Positions 25,081 to 37,369 of a stretch of 64,000 bases of DNA are shown here, in pieces. The DNA comes from Takakia lepidozioides (Eukaryota; Plantae; Bryophyta). The stretch's first letter is position 1. Each line of letters opens with the position of its first letter. The notes beneath the pieces are model-generated. The model saw only the letters and a program-made list of their open reading frames with translations. It searched no databases and was not told the DNA's origin. Made by a program: the position numbers and the translations under genes. The stretch lies in contig CM060734.1 in assembly GCA_030704615.1 (NCBI GenBank), positions 44,516,001 to 44,580,000 on the forward strand, written 5' to 3'.

Positions 25081-28000
25081 TGTCGCGGCCCTTTGCCTTG
25101 AGGGCAGGGGGGTCGGGACACATGAGGGGCTGCCCCTGTGGTGGGGGCAGCGGCAGCGATAGGTACGGGGGGCTGAAGCACCCTTGAGTGCCCAAGGCAC
25201 TCAAGGAGGCGGAGGCGCTCATTAGGTGGAGCCCCGCACACCGGGTTGCGGTGGGGGTGGCTCCACAAGGGGTGGCGGTAGCTTAGCGGGACTTAGTTAG
25301 TGGGGTGGCATAGGACTCACCATGGGGGCGGAGACCTCGTGGTGGGAGTCGTGGGGAGTCTTGGGACTCATCACGGTCCATAGGGGCCGTGGTGAGTGGG
25401 CCAAGACTCACCGCGACTCACCACCGGGAGTCGAGGGTTTTCGTGGTGGTTCGCCATAAAATGGCATGGCTGGTTGTGAAACCCCCGCGGACAGCTATAG
25501 AAGTATATATAAGGGGAGTAGTGACCCCGAGAACGGTGCAAGCCCGTTGGTGACCAAAAACTAGTGAGTAAGCGAGCGACCCGGAAAGCGACCAAAGAGT
25601 GAGGAGCTGTTCCGGACTGCCAACTACCAAAGGGAATTCCACTAGGCCCAAAGAGGTGGAGGGTTTAGTGAGAGAGCGAAGGGGGACCGTTATGTCCCGG
25701 TGAGCAGCCGAAGCTCCAAGTTGGCCCGACGGCCAGGTTGGGAGTCAGGCGCGCGCATCAGAGCGAGTAACTATGACTTGAAGGGGAGCTTACCGAAGTG
25801 AGGTGCGCGACACTTGGTATCAGAGCTTAGAGTTCAGTACGCGATCGTCCTTGGGATTGGCCTCATCATGGGGTCGGGCAAGCCAAAGCGAAAGCGGAAC
25901 GGCCCAAAAGATGATGATCCTGGTGAGCCCGATGGGGCGACGTGTCACCGAAGCGGCCATTTGAGGAAGCGACGCAGGTTTCTGAAAACGAGGCCGCCCA
26001 AGAGCGGGAGGAATCCGAGGAGTCGGAGCCCGAGGAATCCGTGAGAGCTCCGACCGACCAACAGATGGCTCCCATGCCGGCAGCCTTTTGGGAAGGGTTG
26101 TTGGCGCAGTTTGGCGGGACGCTGAAAGACGTGTTGAGGGTGGCTAATGTCACTTCCCCTAAGGCAAAGTTTAAGGTGAAGCCTAAGGAACCCGGCACCT
26201 TCGAGGGCGTCCGAAATCGGAAGGCACTCAACACCTAGCTCTTGGAGCTAGAGCAGTACTTCCGGGCGGCCAAGTTGAGTGACGAGGATCGGGTGGAAGT
26301 GGCTCCCACCTATTTGAGGGGCTATGCTCAACAATGGTAGCAGAAACGCCTTCACAACCGAGGTCCAAGCCCAGAAACCTTGAACTGGAGTGGGTTCAAG
26401 GAATTGATGAAGAGACAGTTTGTGCCCCTCAACGCGTCCTGGCTTGCCCGGGACAAGATGAGGAATTTGAAGCAAACATACGACATTCGGGGATATGTCC
26501 AGGCTTTCAATGTGCTTTTGTTCATCGCGGACATGGCAGAACCGGAAATGGTCTTCAACTTTGTGGCAGGACTGGCCCCATGGGCCAGGCGGAAGTTGGA
26601 GGAGAAGCCACCTAAGACTTTGAACGAGGCAATTGAGAGGGCCGAATGTTTCTCAGATGTCTCTAGGGGTGAAAGACAAGGCCGTACGGAGCTGAACCAC
26701 AAGAAGACCCGGCGGGAAGGTGACTCCTTCCGACCGGAAAAGAAGTGGGATAGGCCACGCGGCGACAATGGCACGTGGAAATCAAAGGGAGGGCCTTCAC
26801 ACGTCAAGGCGGCATCCGGTGCTTCGAAAGGAAAAGCGGGTGGAGCGGCTTATGGCGGACAGAAGGTGACCTTTGATGGAGTGTGTTTCAATTGCGGAGA
26901 GCCCGGGCACATGGCCAAGAAGTGCACGAAACCCCGACAATTGAACATGACTCGGGCAACCACGGAGCTGTCGGATGATACCATCAGTCGCTTGGTGGAA
27001 GCGGTGGTCGCCAGGACTTGCAAGGTAGGCAAATATTCTTGTGAGTTGTATCAGGAAACTGGCGCATTGCGTAAATGGAGTTACTTATTGTTCGTGGATG
27101 GGATAATATCCGGAACTAACGTGTCATTGTTGGTGGACACAGGAGCGTCGCACTCCTTCATGACACCGGCAACGGCACAAAAGCTGGGACTCCCGACGAC
27201 TGACGTAGGGGCCTCTATTGAGGTGCGTTCTGCCAAAGGAGAACCGCAATTGGCGTTCAATGTTCCTCTTCAACTGGGGAGTTGGGAGGGACGTGAGAAC
27301 TTCACCGTCTGCGAGATCGATGGAGTGGATCTCATTTTGGGGATGACCTTTTTGAGCAAATCCGGAGCGATCATAGATGGCCGCAAGGGTAGTCACGCTG
27401 CCATGTTGGAATGGTGGCGAGGTCTTACGAGTTTCGGAAACGCCCAAACCCGTGGGAGGGCGAATAAACCTTATGTCAGCAAAGGAGTGGGCCGTGGAGG
27501 AGGCACACGAGCCCCAGTTTTTGCTCTACATTAGAGAAGTCAAGGGAGAAGGCGATGGAGAGCCGAGCCCAGATTGGATCAAGGGGATTTTGGAGAAATA
27601 CCAGGATGTGATGCCGGAGGATTTGCCAAGCGGCTTGCCACCGCGAAGAGGAGTTGACCACAAGATTGAGGTGATACCGGGATCGGAACCACCTGCCAAG
27701 GCGCCCTATCGGTTGAGCCACAGGGAGTTGGTCGAGCTGAAGACTCAGCTCAAAGATCTAATGTCAAAGGGGTACATCCGGCCGAGTAAGTCACCTTACG
27801 GAGCCCCGGTGCTATTTGCAGATAAAAAGGATGGGACGCTGCGGATGTGTGTCGATTACAGGGCTCTGAATAAGGTGACTATCAAAAACCGGTACCCTTT
27901 GCCAAGGATCGACGACCTCTTCGATCGGTTGGTAGGAGCGAAGTATTTCAGCCGGATCGACTTGCGCTCCGGCTATCATCAAATTCGGGTGGCAGAAGGA

Positions 28001-30766
28001 GATGAGGAGAAGACCGCGTGCAGGACAAGGTATGGTTCATATGAGTTCTTGGTGATGCCTTTTGGGCTCACCAATGCACCTGCGACCTTTAGCACGCTGA
28101 TGAACAGCCTTTTCCAGGAGTGGTTGGATGACTTTGTGATCGTGTACATCGACGACATCTTGGTGTATTCGAAAACAAAGGAGGAGCACCTGGAGCATCT
28201 CGAAAGGGTGTTCCAGAAATTGCGGGAAGGGAAGCTGTATGCCAAAGCTTCAAAGTGCGAATTCGGGGTCACAAAAGTGGAGTTCATGGGGCATGTGATT
28301 ACACAGGATGGGATCAGAATGGATGACAGGAAGGTGAGGGCCATTTTGGACTGGGAGCCTCCGACTTCGGTCCCGGGAGTGCGATCCTTCCTAGGACTCG
28401 CCTCCTATTACCGGAAGTATGTGAGAAATTTCGCCAAGATTGCGGGCCACTGTCAGACCTTCTGTGTAAATCTAAAGTCTGGGCATGGAACACTTTTGTG
28501 GCCAAGCTTTTGCTGAATTGAAGCAGCGGATGGCGGAAGCTCCAGTCTTGAAAATCCCGGAGTTCGATCGTCCGTTCGAGATACATACAGATGCGTCAGA
28601 CTTCGCGATTGGGAAAGTACTGATGCAAGATGGACGTCCAGTGGCTTACGAAAGTAAGAAACTAAATGAAGTGGAGCGACGGTGGCCGACGCACGAGAAA
28701 GAGATGAAGGCGGTGGTGCACTGTCTTGAGCTTTGGCGCCACTATGTTGGTTCCAACCCAGTGAAGGTGTTCACAGACAATGTCACGGTGAAGTATTTTG
28801 CCACGCAGCCCAAGTTATCCCCAAAACAACTTAGGTGGCAAGATACTTTGGCGGTGTTCGACGTGGATATCCAGTACAAACCGGGACGAGACAACGTGGT
28901 GGCCGATGCTTTAAGTAGAAAGCAGCAGCTCTTGTTGGTGTACAAGGGCGAGACGACGCTCCAAAGGAAGATCCGGAAGGCTTGCCGGAAGGATGAGCTG
29001 GCGAAGTCCGTGATGCAGGACTTGAGGATGGGGGTTAAATCGCAGTTTCACTTGCAAAATGGACTGCTCCGGTATAAGCAAAAGCGTCTTTACATGCCGA
29101 AGGGAGGTTTCAGAGATAGTCTCTTGAGAGAATGTCATGATACTTGCCGAAGGGAGGTTTCGAAGTGCGACCTCAAAAGCGAAAGAAGCGTTGATGGGGA
29201 CATCAACCTTGGAGCGTGGGGGAGGAAATGCATGCTTAGCCCAGCTTAGCTAGCTTAGGAATCCGATTGCAAAAACTTGTATTGTACAAAACATGCTATA
29301 AATGAAATGGCTTCCAAATGTTGTGCGTCTTATTTTGTTTGGAATGGTGATGCATGGTATGGTTGGCTAGTGTGTAGAATGCATGCTAGCTTATAAAAGT
29401 GGGAGAGGTAAATTGGGTTAATCGTGTGTTTGCGTAGTGCCGAAATCGGGTGACCCCCATCCGAGGGGCAAGGAAACTTGCGCCTTCTTTGGGAGTTCAC
29501 GTGCTAGTGCGCGTACTATAACTGCGCTACCGAGGGGGTTGCCTTGTAGTGCGGGCTAACGCGGAAGCCACGTGTTTCCGTTCACGTACTATAATCGTGT
29601 AGCCTCGGGACGAAGTCGTAGTGCGGCTTCGGCGTGTTCCCGTACCTCAGGGCATTCGGACCCATTGTAGTGATTGGGGCGCACGGTTGGTTCAAGGTAT
29701 CTTCCTAGTCAAAGAGGGTTTGCTCAAGGTGATGCAAAAGCGGCAATGTTGTTGGCAGTAAGACGATTCGATCCTCGGGGAGGATCGTTCCTTATCCTTG
29801 AAGTAGGCCAAGAAGAGTGCACTGGGAGGAGCTGGAGAGGCTCCACCCTTGGCCGGGACTTGGAGGAAGTCGGCCGAACTAGCTAGTGGAGAGTAGAGTC
29901 AAGTGTGGGGTTTGGTTCTTTGCCATAGGACGCCATGGTGCGGAAACAAACTCCTTGAGGTGGGACGCCACAACTTGGATGTTCGTTTCTACAAAATGGA
30001 CAAGTCGATGAGGACATCGACTCCCTGTTGGTAGGGGTGTGTGTCGCGGCCCTTTGCCTTGAGGGCAGGGGGGGTCGGGACACATGAGGGGCTGCCCCTG
30101 TGGTGGTGGCAGCGGCAGCGATAGGTACGGGGGGCTGAAACACCCTTGAGTGCCCAAGGCACTCAAGAGACAGAGGCGCTCACTAGGTGGAGCCCCGCAC
30201 ACCGGGTTGCGGTGGGGGTGGCTCCACAAGGGTGGTGGTAGCTTAGCGGGACTTAGTGGGGGTGGCATAGGACTCACCATGGGGGCGGAGACCTCGTGGT
30301 AGGAGTCGTGGGGAGTCTTGGGACTCATCACGGTCCATAGGGGCCGTGGTGAGTGGGCCAAGACTCACCGCGCTCACCACCGGGAGTCGAGGGTTTTCGT
30401 GTGGTTCGCCATAAAATGGCATGGCTGGTTGTGAAACCCCGCGGACAGCTACAGAAGTATATATAAGGGGAGTAGTGACCCCGAGAACGGTGCAAGCCCG
30501 TTGGTGACCAAAAACTAGTGAGTAAGCGAGCGAGCCGGAAAGCGACCAAAGAGTGAGGAGCTGTTCCGGACTGCCAACTACCAAAGGGAATTCCACTAGG
30601 CCCAAAGAGGTGGAGGGTTTAGTGAGAGAGCGAAGGGGGACCGTTATGTCCCGGTGAGCAGCCGAAGATCCAAGTTGGCCCGGCGGCCAGGTTGGGAGTC
30701 AGGCGCGCGCATCAGAGCGAGTAACTATGACTTGAAGGGGAGCTTACCGAAGTGAGGTGCGCGACA
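25081..30766 (+). mobile_element. Ty3/Gypsy LTR retrotransposon, integrase deleted
   Basis: LTRs 25081-25812 and 30042-30766 (TG..CA); TSD CGGAG; PBS TGGTATCAGAGC at 25815; PPT before 30042; gag CCHC, protease LVDTGAS, RT YIDD, RNase H TDAS. Confidence 0.97.
25868..29145 (+). pseudogene. gag-pol (gag, PR, RT, RNase H, start of integrase zinc finger) with stops and frameshifts
   Basis: ORFs 26380-27534, 27377-28516 and 28485-29249; homology ends at LLRECHDT. Confidence 0.93.
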
Positions 30767-32277
30767 CGGAGATCTCCATGCCTAATCCCCAAGCTGGAAT
30801 CAATGGCGATAGTACTCCGGGTGTGGTTTGGTATAAAACCTGTTGTTGTGGGGAGGAGCGTGGGAGGAGACTCACTTGATGCGCAACTGGAGAGCTGCCT
30901 GGAGATGCTTCCGTCCACTTTGTGAAATCCGGCGAGTTTTGTTTTCCTGTCATGAAAACCGGGACACATTTCCGGTATGGGTGGCCGCGTGGAGTGGGTG
31001 ACCCCAAAACCCAATAAACATAGGGGTGGCCCGAACCTGGGTGGGGGGTGGACGTGCCTTGGGAGGGGTGGAGGCCTAATCAATTTAGGGACGGGTAGGA
31101 TGAGGCACCCCCTAAAACCCTCCACAAGAGAACCGAAAAATTATAGGCCCACATAGGTGCAATTGCAAGTCTCATGGGCAGGGGGTAAAAATACCTAGTA
31201 GGAGACTCAGATTGGCCCGAAATTGTTTGCGGAAAAGCCATACCCACCCACAACATTCCCACCGGAGCGATTGCCAAATGAACTGCTCAAAATGTTTCCT
31301 CAATTTTCTGAACAAACCTTTTTGCCTGCCCGAAGGAAAACCCCAAATTTGACCCCCCATTTTTTAGCATACAAAGCAGCCCACCTGAGATTATGTCAGA
31401 AAAAGATGAAATTTGCAGGGAAGGTGTCTAATATGACAGGGCACCAGATTCTGGAGAGTGTCATGTCAGACCAGTTTGCAGATGGGAAATTCGATAGAAA
31501 AAGCACTTTTTTTTTTCCCTATTTACTTCATGTTTTTTTTTTTTTGCACCACTTTAGACATTATATTCTTTGGATCTGCTGGTTGGATTTAGACAGGGAT
31601 TTTTGTGGTCGTAGGTGGGGTAGTTGAGAGTATATTCCAACGGTTCGTTTTACAGGGCCTTAGTAAATCTTAAGATATAATTGTTTTAGAGGGCCAGGGT
31701 CCAGTTTTTGAGGTCTTGGCAAAAATTGGCCCTTGTCCTTTAGGGGTTAATATGCACATGTTAATATGCACTGGGGTACTTTGTAATGTAGAGTAGAGAT
31801 TTAGGGCTAGGGGCATATACTAGCTATTTGATTATAACAATGACACTTTGATCTTCATTTGCGAGACACTATGGATGCAGCAATTTTGATTCAGTGTATA
31901 ATTGTATGGGGTTGGTATCCTATGAGATGAGTAGGTTCCCCTTGTGGTATTCTTGAATATTCAAATGGCCATTTGAACGGTTCAAATGGCCATTTCAATA
32001 TTTGAATTTGAATTTGAATACTAATACCATTTTTATTTTATTATTTTCTTAATACATATCCGAGTTCATATTTCTAGGTTATTGACATTCAGATACCATT
32101 GCTCATATCGGGATTGATTTTTTTTAAACCACTCTATGCATACCAGATTCATACTTGAAAAAATCAGGGGCTGCATTACTGGAAAACCTACTTGCCTTAA
32201 AAAATTCAGCACTTCATACCAGGACCCTTCTGGTATTTCCAATTCAAGATACCGGACCAACACTGGTCAACTGCCCC

Positions 32278-32980
32278 AAAGCTTATTAGGCACTTCCGCG
32301 CCTAATAATTAATAAAATGGAAATTATTAGGCAGATTCGATTTTATTATTTAGGCACCTCACCTACTTAATTTCCAAACATTGGGCATGTTTTTTTTTGG
32401 GAGGCATGTATTACAGTCGACCCTGGATAAATAATGAACAATTTGTTTTAAAAAAAAATTAAACAGGGGAGAGGCCCTGAAAATTTTTTGAAACAGGGAA
32501 AAAATTAAACCCTTACATATTCCCATGAACAATATTTTTGAGCTCCCTCAAAAGCTATTGTTGAGGTAATTTTCCTTTAAAAAAACATAATGGTCTTGAA
32601 AATAGATATTACCTCAACAATTCTTTTTGAGCTCCCTCAAAAACTATTGTTGAGGTAATTTTCTTTTTAAAAAAAACATAATGTTTGATATGTGATAAAC
32701 GAATGGCTGCAGTACTAAACCCTAAACCTTTCCAACTGTTTTTTTTGTTTTTTGTTTTACCTGTTTTATTGTTTTTTTTTCCTACACCTAAACATCTGGC
32801 ACAACCCTACTTCTCTTTGCTTGTGTTTTTCACAATTTGGACATTTTGGTATTTTTCACAATTTTCGAGCAATTAGGCACTTCTCAGGAAAAATTTCCAA
32901 GTTTTAGGCACATTTTCCAAAAATGTTCTAAATTTAATTAGGCACTTGAATTTTAAATAATTATTTCCTAATAAGCTAGG
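32278..32980. mobile_element. Possible AT-rich MITE
   Basis: Terminal inverted AGCTTATTAGG...CCTAATAAGCT; internal TTAGGCAC repeats and attgttgaggtaat inverted/direct repeats; no clear TSD. Confidence 0.45.
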
Positions 32981-32999
32981 TCAGTATGGTAGTAGCACA

Positions 33000-33073
33000 C
33001 ACATTCCGGTAGCAGGATTTGAACTCAGAAACATCAGCGTGGGACTCACTGCAACTATCCAAAGTAAGCTACA
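33000..33073 (-). mobile_element. tRNA-like SINE head
   Basis: TAGCTTACTTTGG A-box-like and GAGTTCAAATC B-box; no clean cloverleaf. Confidence 0.45.
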
Positions 33074-33459
33074 GGAAAATGAGTTAAAATAAATAAAGGG
33101 CTAATTTTGGTGGGCCTGAATTAGGGCCGGCCACAAGTCACCCGTTCTAGAAGCGTCCCCGGAGCCCGGGAAATGCCGCCAGAAAATACCGCAAAGGTGA
33201 AATGAGGAATAGACGGCCGGATGTTGGCCACGACATAGATGCGTTAGAATGATTCTGTTCGGTCGGTGGAGAAGGAGGATGGGCGTATGAGGAAGGAGTG
33301 CAATAGTAATTGCAGAGGGAAGGGGGGAGGGGAGAGAGAAGAAGCGTTGAACGGTGCAGCCAAGGTTGCTCGTGTTCTGCGCGTCTTCTTGCTCCTTGGT
33401 GTGGATCTGTGGAGGGGGGGAGTGGAGAAGGAGGGAAGGTTGTGAAGTCGTGGGGCATC

Positions 33460-34290
33460 ATGGGCAAGGGGCCAGGGTTTCACAGTGATATTGGCAAGAA
33501 GGCCAGAGATCTTCTGACGAAGGATTACATAGCTGACCAGAGGTTCAGCATCTCAACCAACACCCAGTCGGGCTTGTCGTTCACCTCCATAGGGATCAAG
33601 AAGGGAGAGGCTTTTGCTGGATCTGTGAATACCACGTTCAAGAACAAGAACGTGACAACTGAGGTAAAGGTGGACACAAACTCTAACGTGTATACTACGG
33701 TCACAGTTGACGAGTTTGTCCCAGGGTCGAAGGGTATTCTTAGCTTCACAGTACCCGACCATCAATCTGGAAAGCTTGAGCTCCAGTACCGTCAAGAGCA
33801 TGCGGCCGTCACCGGCGGCATTGGCTTGACACCGGCCCCTATTGTGGAAGCGACAGGAGCTCTTGGCAGTGAAGTGTTTGCCCTGGGTGGTGAACTCGGC
33901 TTTGACACAGCCTCGGGACAACTTACGAAGTACAGTGCTGCCATAGGCCTTGTGCAGCCAGACTTCACAGTCTCTCTCCATTTGGGGGACAAGGGGGACG
34001 TGGTGAAAGCCAGCTACTTGCACACGGTGAGTCCGGTGACGAAGTCAACTGTGGCTGCAGAGGTGTCCCACCGGTTTTCAAAGAACGAGAACACCTTCAC
34101 CATGGGTGGTCTCTACGAGTTGGATCCGCTTACGACTGTAAAGGCTCGGTTGAACAATCACGGAAAGCTTGCGACTGTTTTGCAGCATGAATGGAGGCCC
34201 AAATCACTGGTCACCTTCTCTGGGGAGGTGGATACCACAGCACTTGACAAGACTGCGAAGGTTGGCTTGGCCTTGAGTCTGAAGCCTTGA
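33460..34290 (+). CDS. VDAC: Mitochondrial outer membrane porin (VDAC), 276 aa, intronless
   Basis: MGKGPGFHSDIGKKARDLL...TTVKARLNNHGK...LQHEWRPKSLVTFSGEVD...VGLALSLKP. Confidence 0.96.
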   Translation: MGKGPGFHSDIGKKARDLLTKDYIADQRFSISTNTQSGLSFTSIGIKKGEAFAGSVNTTFKNKNVTTEVKVDTNSNVYTTVTVDEFVPGSKGILSFTVPDHQSGKLELQYRQEHAAVTGGIGLTPAPIVEATGALGSEVFALGGELGFDTASGQLTKYSAAIGLVQPDFTVSLHLGDKGDVVKASYLHTVSPVTKSTVAAEVSHRFSKNENTFTMGGLYELDPLTTVKARLNNHGKLATVLQHEWRPKSLVTFSGEVDTTALDKTAKVGLALSLKP

Positions 34291-36009
34291 GAGGATTCAA
34301 CCTCACTACTCGGCTCCTACCCTGATGTGGTAGTGTGGTTGATGTTGCAGATCTGCTGAGTTGTGATTTTTGACTTAAGACGTTGTGTGAATACATCCTT
34401 TGCAATTATGATCATCAATGCAAAGGATAGAGATGTCACACTTGAGGAGAATAAGCACTAGTTAAATGCTGCATATTTTTTTAATAAAAAAGAGTTTTAA
34501 TCATGCTCCCGAAAGAAGAGAATGGTGGGACTGGAGAGAGGGATCCTGGCAGGAAGAGGGATTTACTTGCTGACTTGCATCTGTGCTATGTGTAAGATGG
34601 ACCCTTGACTCCATGTCACTAAAACCTTCAGAGCTGATTGGCTGGAGATTGCGGTAGTTGTGCACAGAGGAGTATTGTCTCAGTCTTGTTGCAGGGGCTT
34701 TTGATTGGTCTCAGGCTGACATTGACATCATAGAAGTGATGTTTACACCAGCACCGTTATTGTCACCTGGTTGTTTTTGCTGCAAGTGACTTTGTGTATA
34801 TGATAGGCCAGAATGAGCGGACCGTAACAACCGACGGTTTTCCACATCGAGAGAGAAGCAAGTGTTATGGCCTGGGGGATTCTGTGAGAGTGGTAGAGAG
34901 GATACATAGTCATTGACCGTTTCCTGCTATCAGGCTACCATGGGTCACTTGGTGTATGCGCTCTCAGGAATGGCTGCCGGGCGCAACCGTGCAGCTTTGG
35001 AACTGAACTGGAAATCTAGGGAGGGAGAGAAGGAGACCAGTCCATGGAGGAGTTACTAGAGTAGGGTTTCAGACAGGTGGGGGAGGCACTGGAAGGGATA
35101 GAGATTGGTTTCTCCAAATGGTGACCCCATTGACATCAAATGCGGTAGTGCTTCGTCACTTGAAGACTGGAGGGAGGGAGAGAGGCCGGTCCCTCGGATA
35201 TTGGAGTACCCGAGTAGGGTTTCAAAAGGTTGGAGCCAAAGAAAAGGGTTGATGGCTTTTTGGGAAATGTTAACCCCATGAACATATGCAAACAGGAGAA
35301 GGAAATGCAGAAGTGTTTGGCACTAGGCTAGACTGTAGGTCGGTTGTATGATCTGATGAAGGTTAGAGAATAGGTGATTCTAAAGCAGTGATAGTTTGGA
35401 GCACCCTTAAGAGACGGTCATGAGTCTTAGTCGAGGATCAGTTAACTCGCCTCCAAGGTTAGCACTCCATCCACTGCGATTGCATTCCCTCATCAGGGAG
35501 TGGTTCGTTGTGATTCACTGGGAGTCCTACATGTGACTCTTCTGCTCCATCTACTGGGTTGTCTGTCTTTCTGACGTTTCCTATTTCCTCTCTCATTGAC
35601 AGGAGTGCAGTTGTCATATTGACATGGCAGGGGTAGGGAGGCGTCAATAGCCTCACTCGCACAATCATGAACATTGTTAGGGTTTGTGCGAGTCATGTCT
35701 GCTCTGACACTCTAAGAGGAGTCTTGGAGATTTCTATAGAGCAGAGCTGCTGGTAAAGGGGGCAATCACCTCACAGGTCTGGAAGTTGGGTTGTTGCCCT
35801 CAGAAATGTGGAGCCCACGCAACAGCGAACTGTAAGGGTGGTCGGTGAAGGAATCCTCGTCTGTCCGCCACAGACCTAAAGCGACACGGAATGGCTGTGG
35901 TTAAGATTTTCCCTTAGGAGATCGGAGGCCGCACCCATTCTTTTCTCCCGATGTTTTCCCCAGTTAATACGTTAATACCAGTGTTGCACCCTTATATAAG
36001 GCTATGCCT

Positions 36010-37300
36010 GGTATATGCATTGGTATGAAAAACCAGACCAGCTGTATGTCCACTTAGTGGCACACTATTGTTTTAAACAGGTTGCCCCCAATCTCCTTAA
36101 GAATACTACCTGGACTTCTACCAGGACACGGGGGTCTTCATTGTGTTCGTGGTTGTTGGAGACCAGTACTCCCCTCGTGTTGCAGGAGACTCCCTCAGTA
36201 TTCCTTCCACTTACACATCCTAGTTGTGGCTCCATGAATGCTTTGATTGTGTTCAATATCATTGATAATGAAGATTGCAGTGTCAATTGGTCATTTTGGA
36301 CTTCGTAATGTTTTGTCCCACGTTTTTATGTTGTCTTCTAAATTGTGCACGTTGGAATGCCAGTCCTGGATATATAAGCGGATATATTTGCCCAGTTTTC
36401 AAGAGTAAGTTGATGCAAGATACAATTTTGGAACAGTCCGCTTCTTGTGCTCACTATTTCCGAGCTACGTCTTCTGCGTGTAGCCTCTCCATTTTTGCGA
36501 AGATGCGCTATAGTGAAAGCACGTTTGGAAGGCGACATTGCAAACAAGCATAGAATATGACCCAATAAATACGAGTATTGGGAGCCAAACTAGAAGGCCC
36601 GAGAATAGAATATTACATTGGAGTGGCGGGAAAGATGATTTACTACAAGCGCTCTTCCCGCCAACTATGACTCCATGCAACGGGACGGGATGAGCGCTGA
36701 AACGGGACATTTTGCAAAAAACTGCTCCTCATTGCAGCTCCAATGACAGGTTCAACCGCAGCTCCAATTCCTCGACCATCAACATTGCAGCTCCAATTGT
36801 GGATTCAATCAAAGCTCCAATTTGCACAGCATGGAATGAACATTTCTTTGTGTGTTGTGAGTGGGTTTGTTTCCTAATATGCTTCATGTGGGACCACATT
36901 CTGTCTTTGTTATGACCAACCAATTTTTCAGCAACCCCATATGTCCAATCATGCCTCCAATTTCTGATTCCGTTAGAATATCAGCTCGGGATAAACCGTG
37001 CGTTTCAAAGTTGAAACGTCCATGCACGGTTTGTTTTGGGAGTAGAACAACGCCCATTGACAACATCCGAGCTCATCTCTTGCGCAATGGTCTGTCTCTA
37101 GCATTTAAGGTCTGGGTTGGAAGTGGGCCTTCAGACCTAGATGACGACGAGTAGGCATAGGCATCCCATAAGCATTCACGAATTGATGTTCCAATTGTTC
37201 ACCAATTGACGATGTTTTGGATATTATACATTGATTGTTACATTAAACATTCCATGTTATGGACAACACCATTGAGGTCAACATACGCCCAACAAATGGC
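36010..37300 (+). mobile_element. Degenerate CACTA-like transposase remnant
   Basis: RPCTVC...IRAHLLRNG...FKVW resembles the transposase-associated N-terminal domain; heavily decayed. Confidence 0.35.
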
Positions 37301-37369
37301 ATGGATACCGACCAATAGACACCACAATTTATGCTTTCTTTGGGAGGCATCATATATATATATATTAGG

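Larger units (their letters stand above)
24734..31746. mobile_element. Putative non-autonomous piggyBac-like element (~1.3 kb without the Gypsy insert)
   Basis: TTAA at 24730-24733 and 31747-31750; imperfect TIR CCCCTAAGCGTCAA / CCCCTAAAGGACAA (11/14). Confidence 0.6.
24519..32265 (+). mobile_element. Non-autonomous hAT (MITE, ~730 bp without inserts), same family as 16822-20668
   Basis: TIRs (T/C)AGTGTTGGT.(T/C)GGTAT; 8-bp TSD GTCAACTA/GTCAACTG; subterminal sequences match both ends of the autonomous hAT in opposite orientation. Confidence 0.88.

Noticed and set aside
33000-33073. Functional tRNA genes here and at 59144-59215
   Set aside because: A/B boxes are present but acceptor and anticodon stems do not pair; treated as SINE heads.
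33310-33459. N-terminal extension of VDAC in the ORF track
   Set aside because: Starts at TTG in a GA-rich 5' UTR; the canonical MGKGPG start is at 33460.
35020-35290. Degenerate ~145-bp tandem duplication
   Set aside because: Too decayed to assign; no domain recognised.
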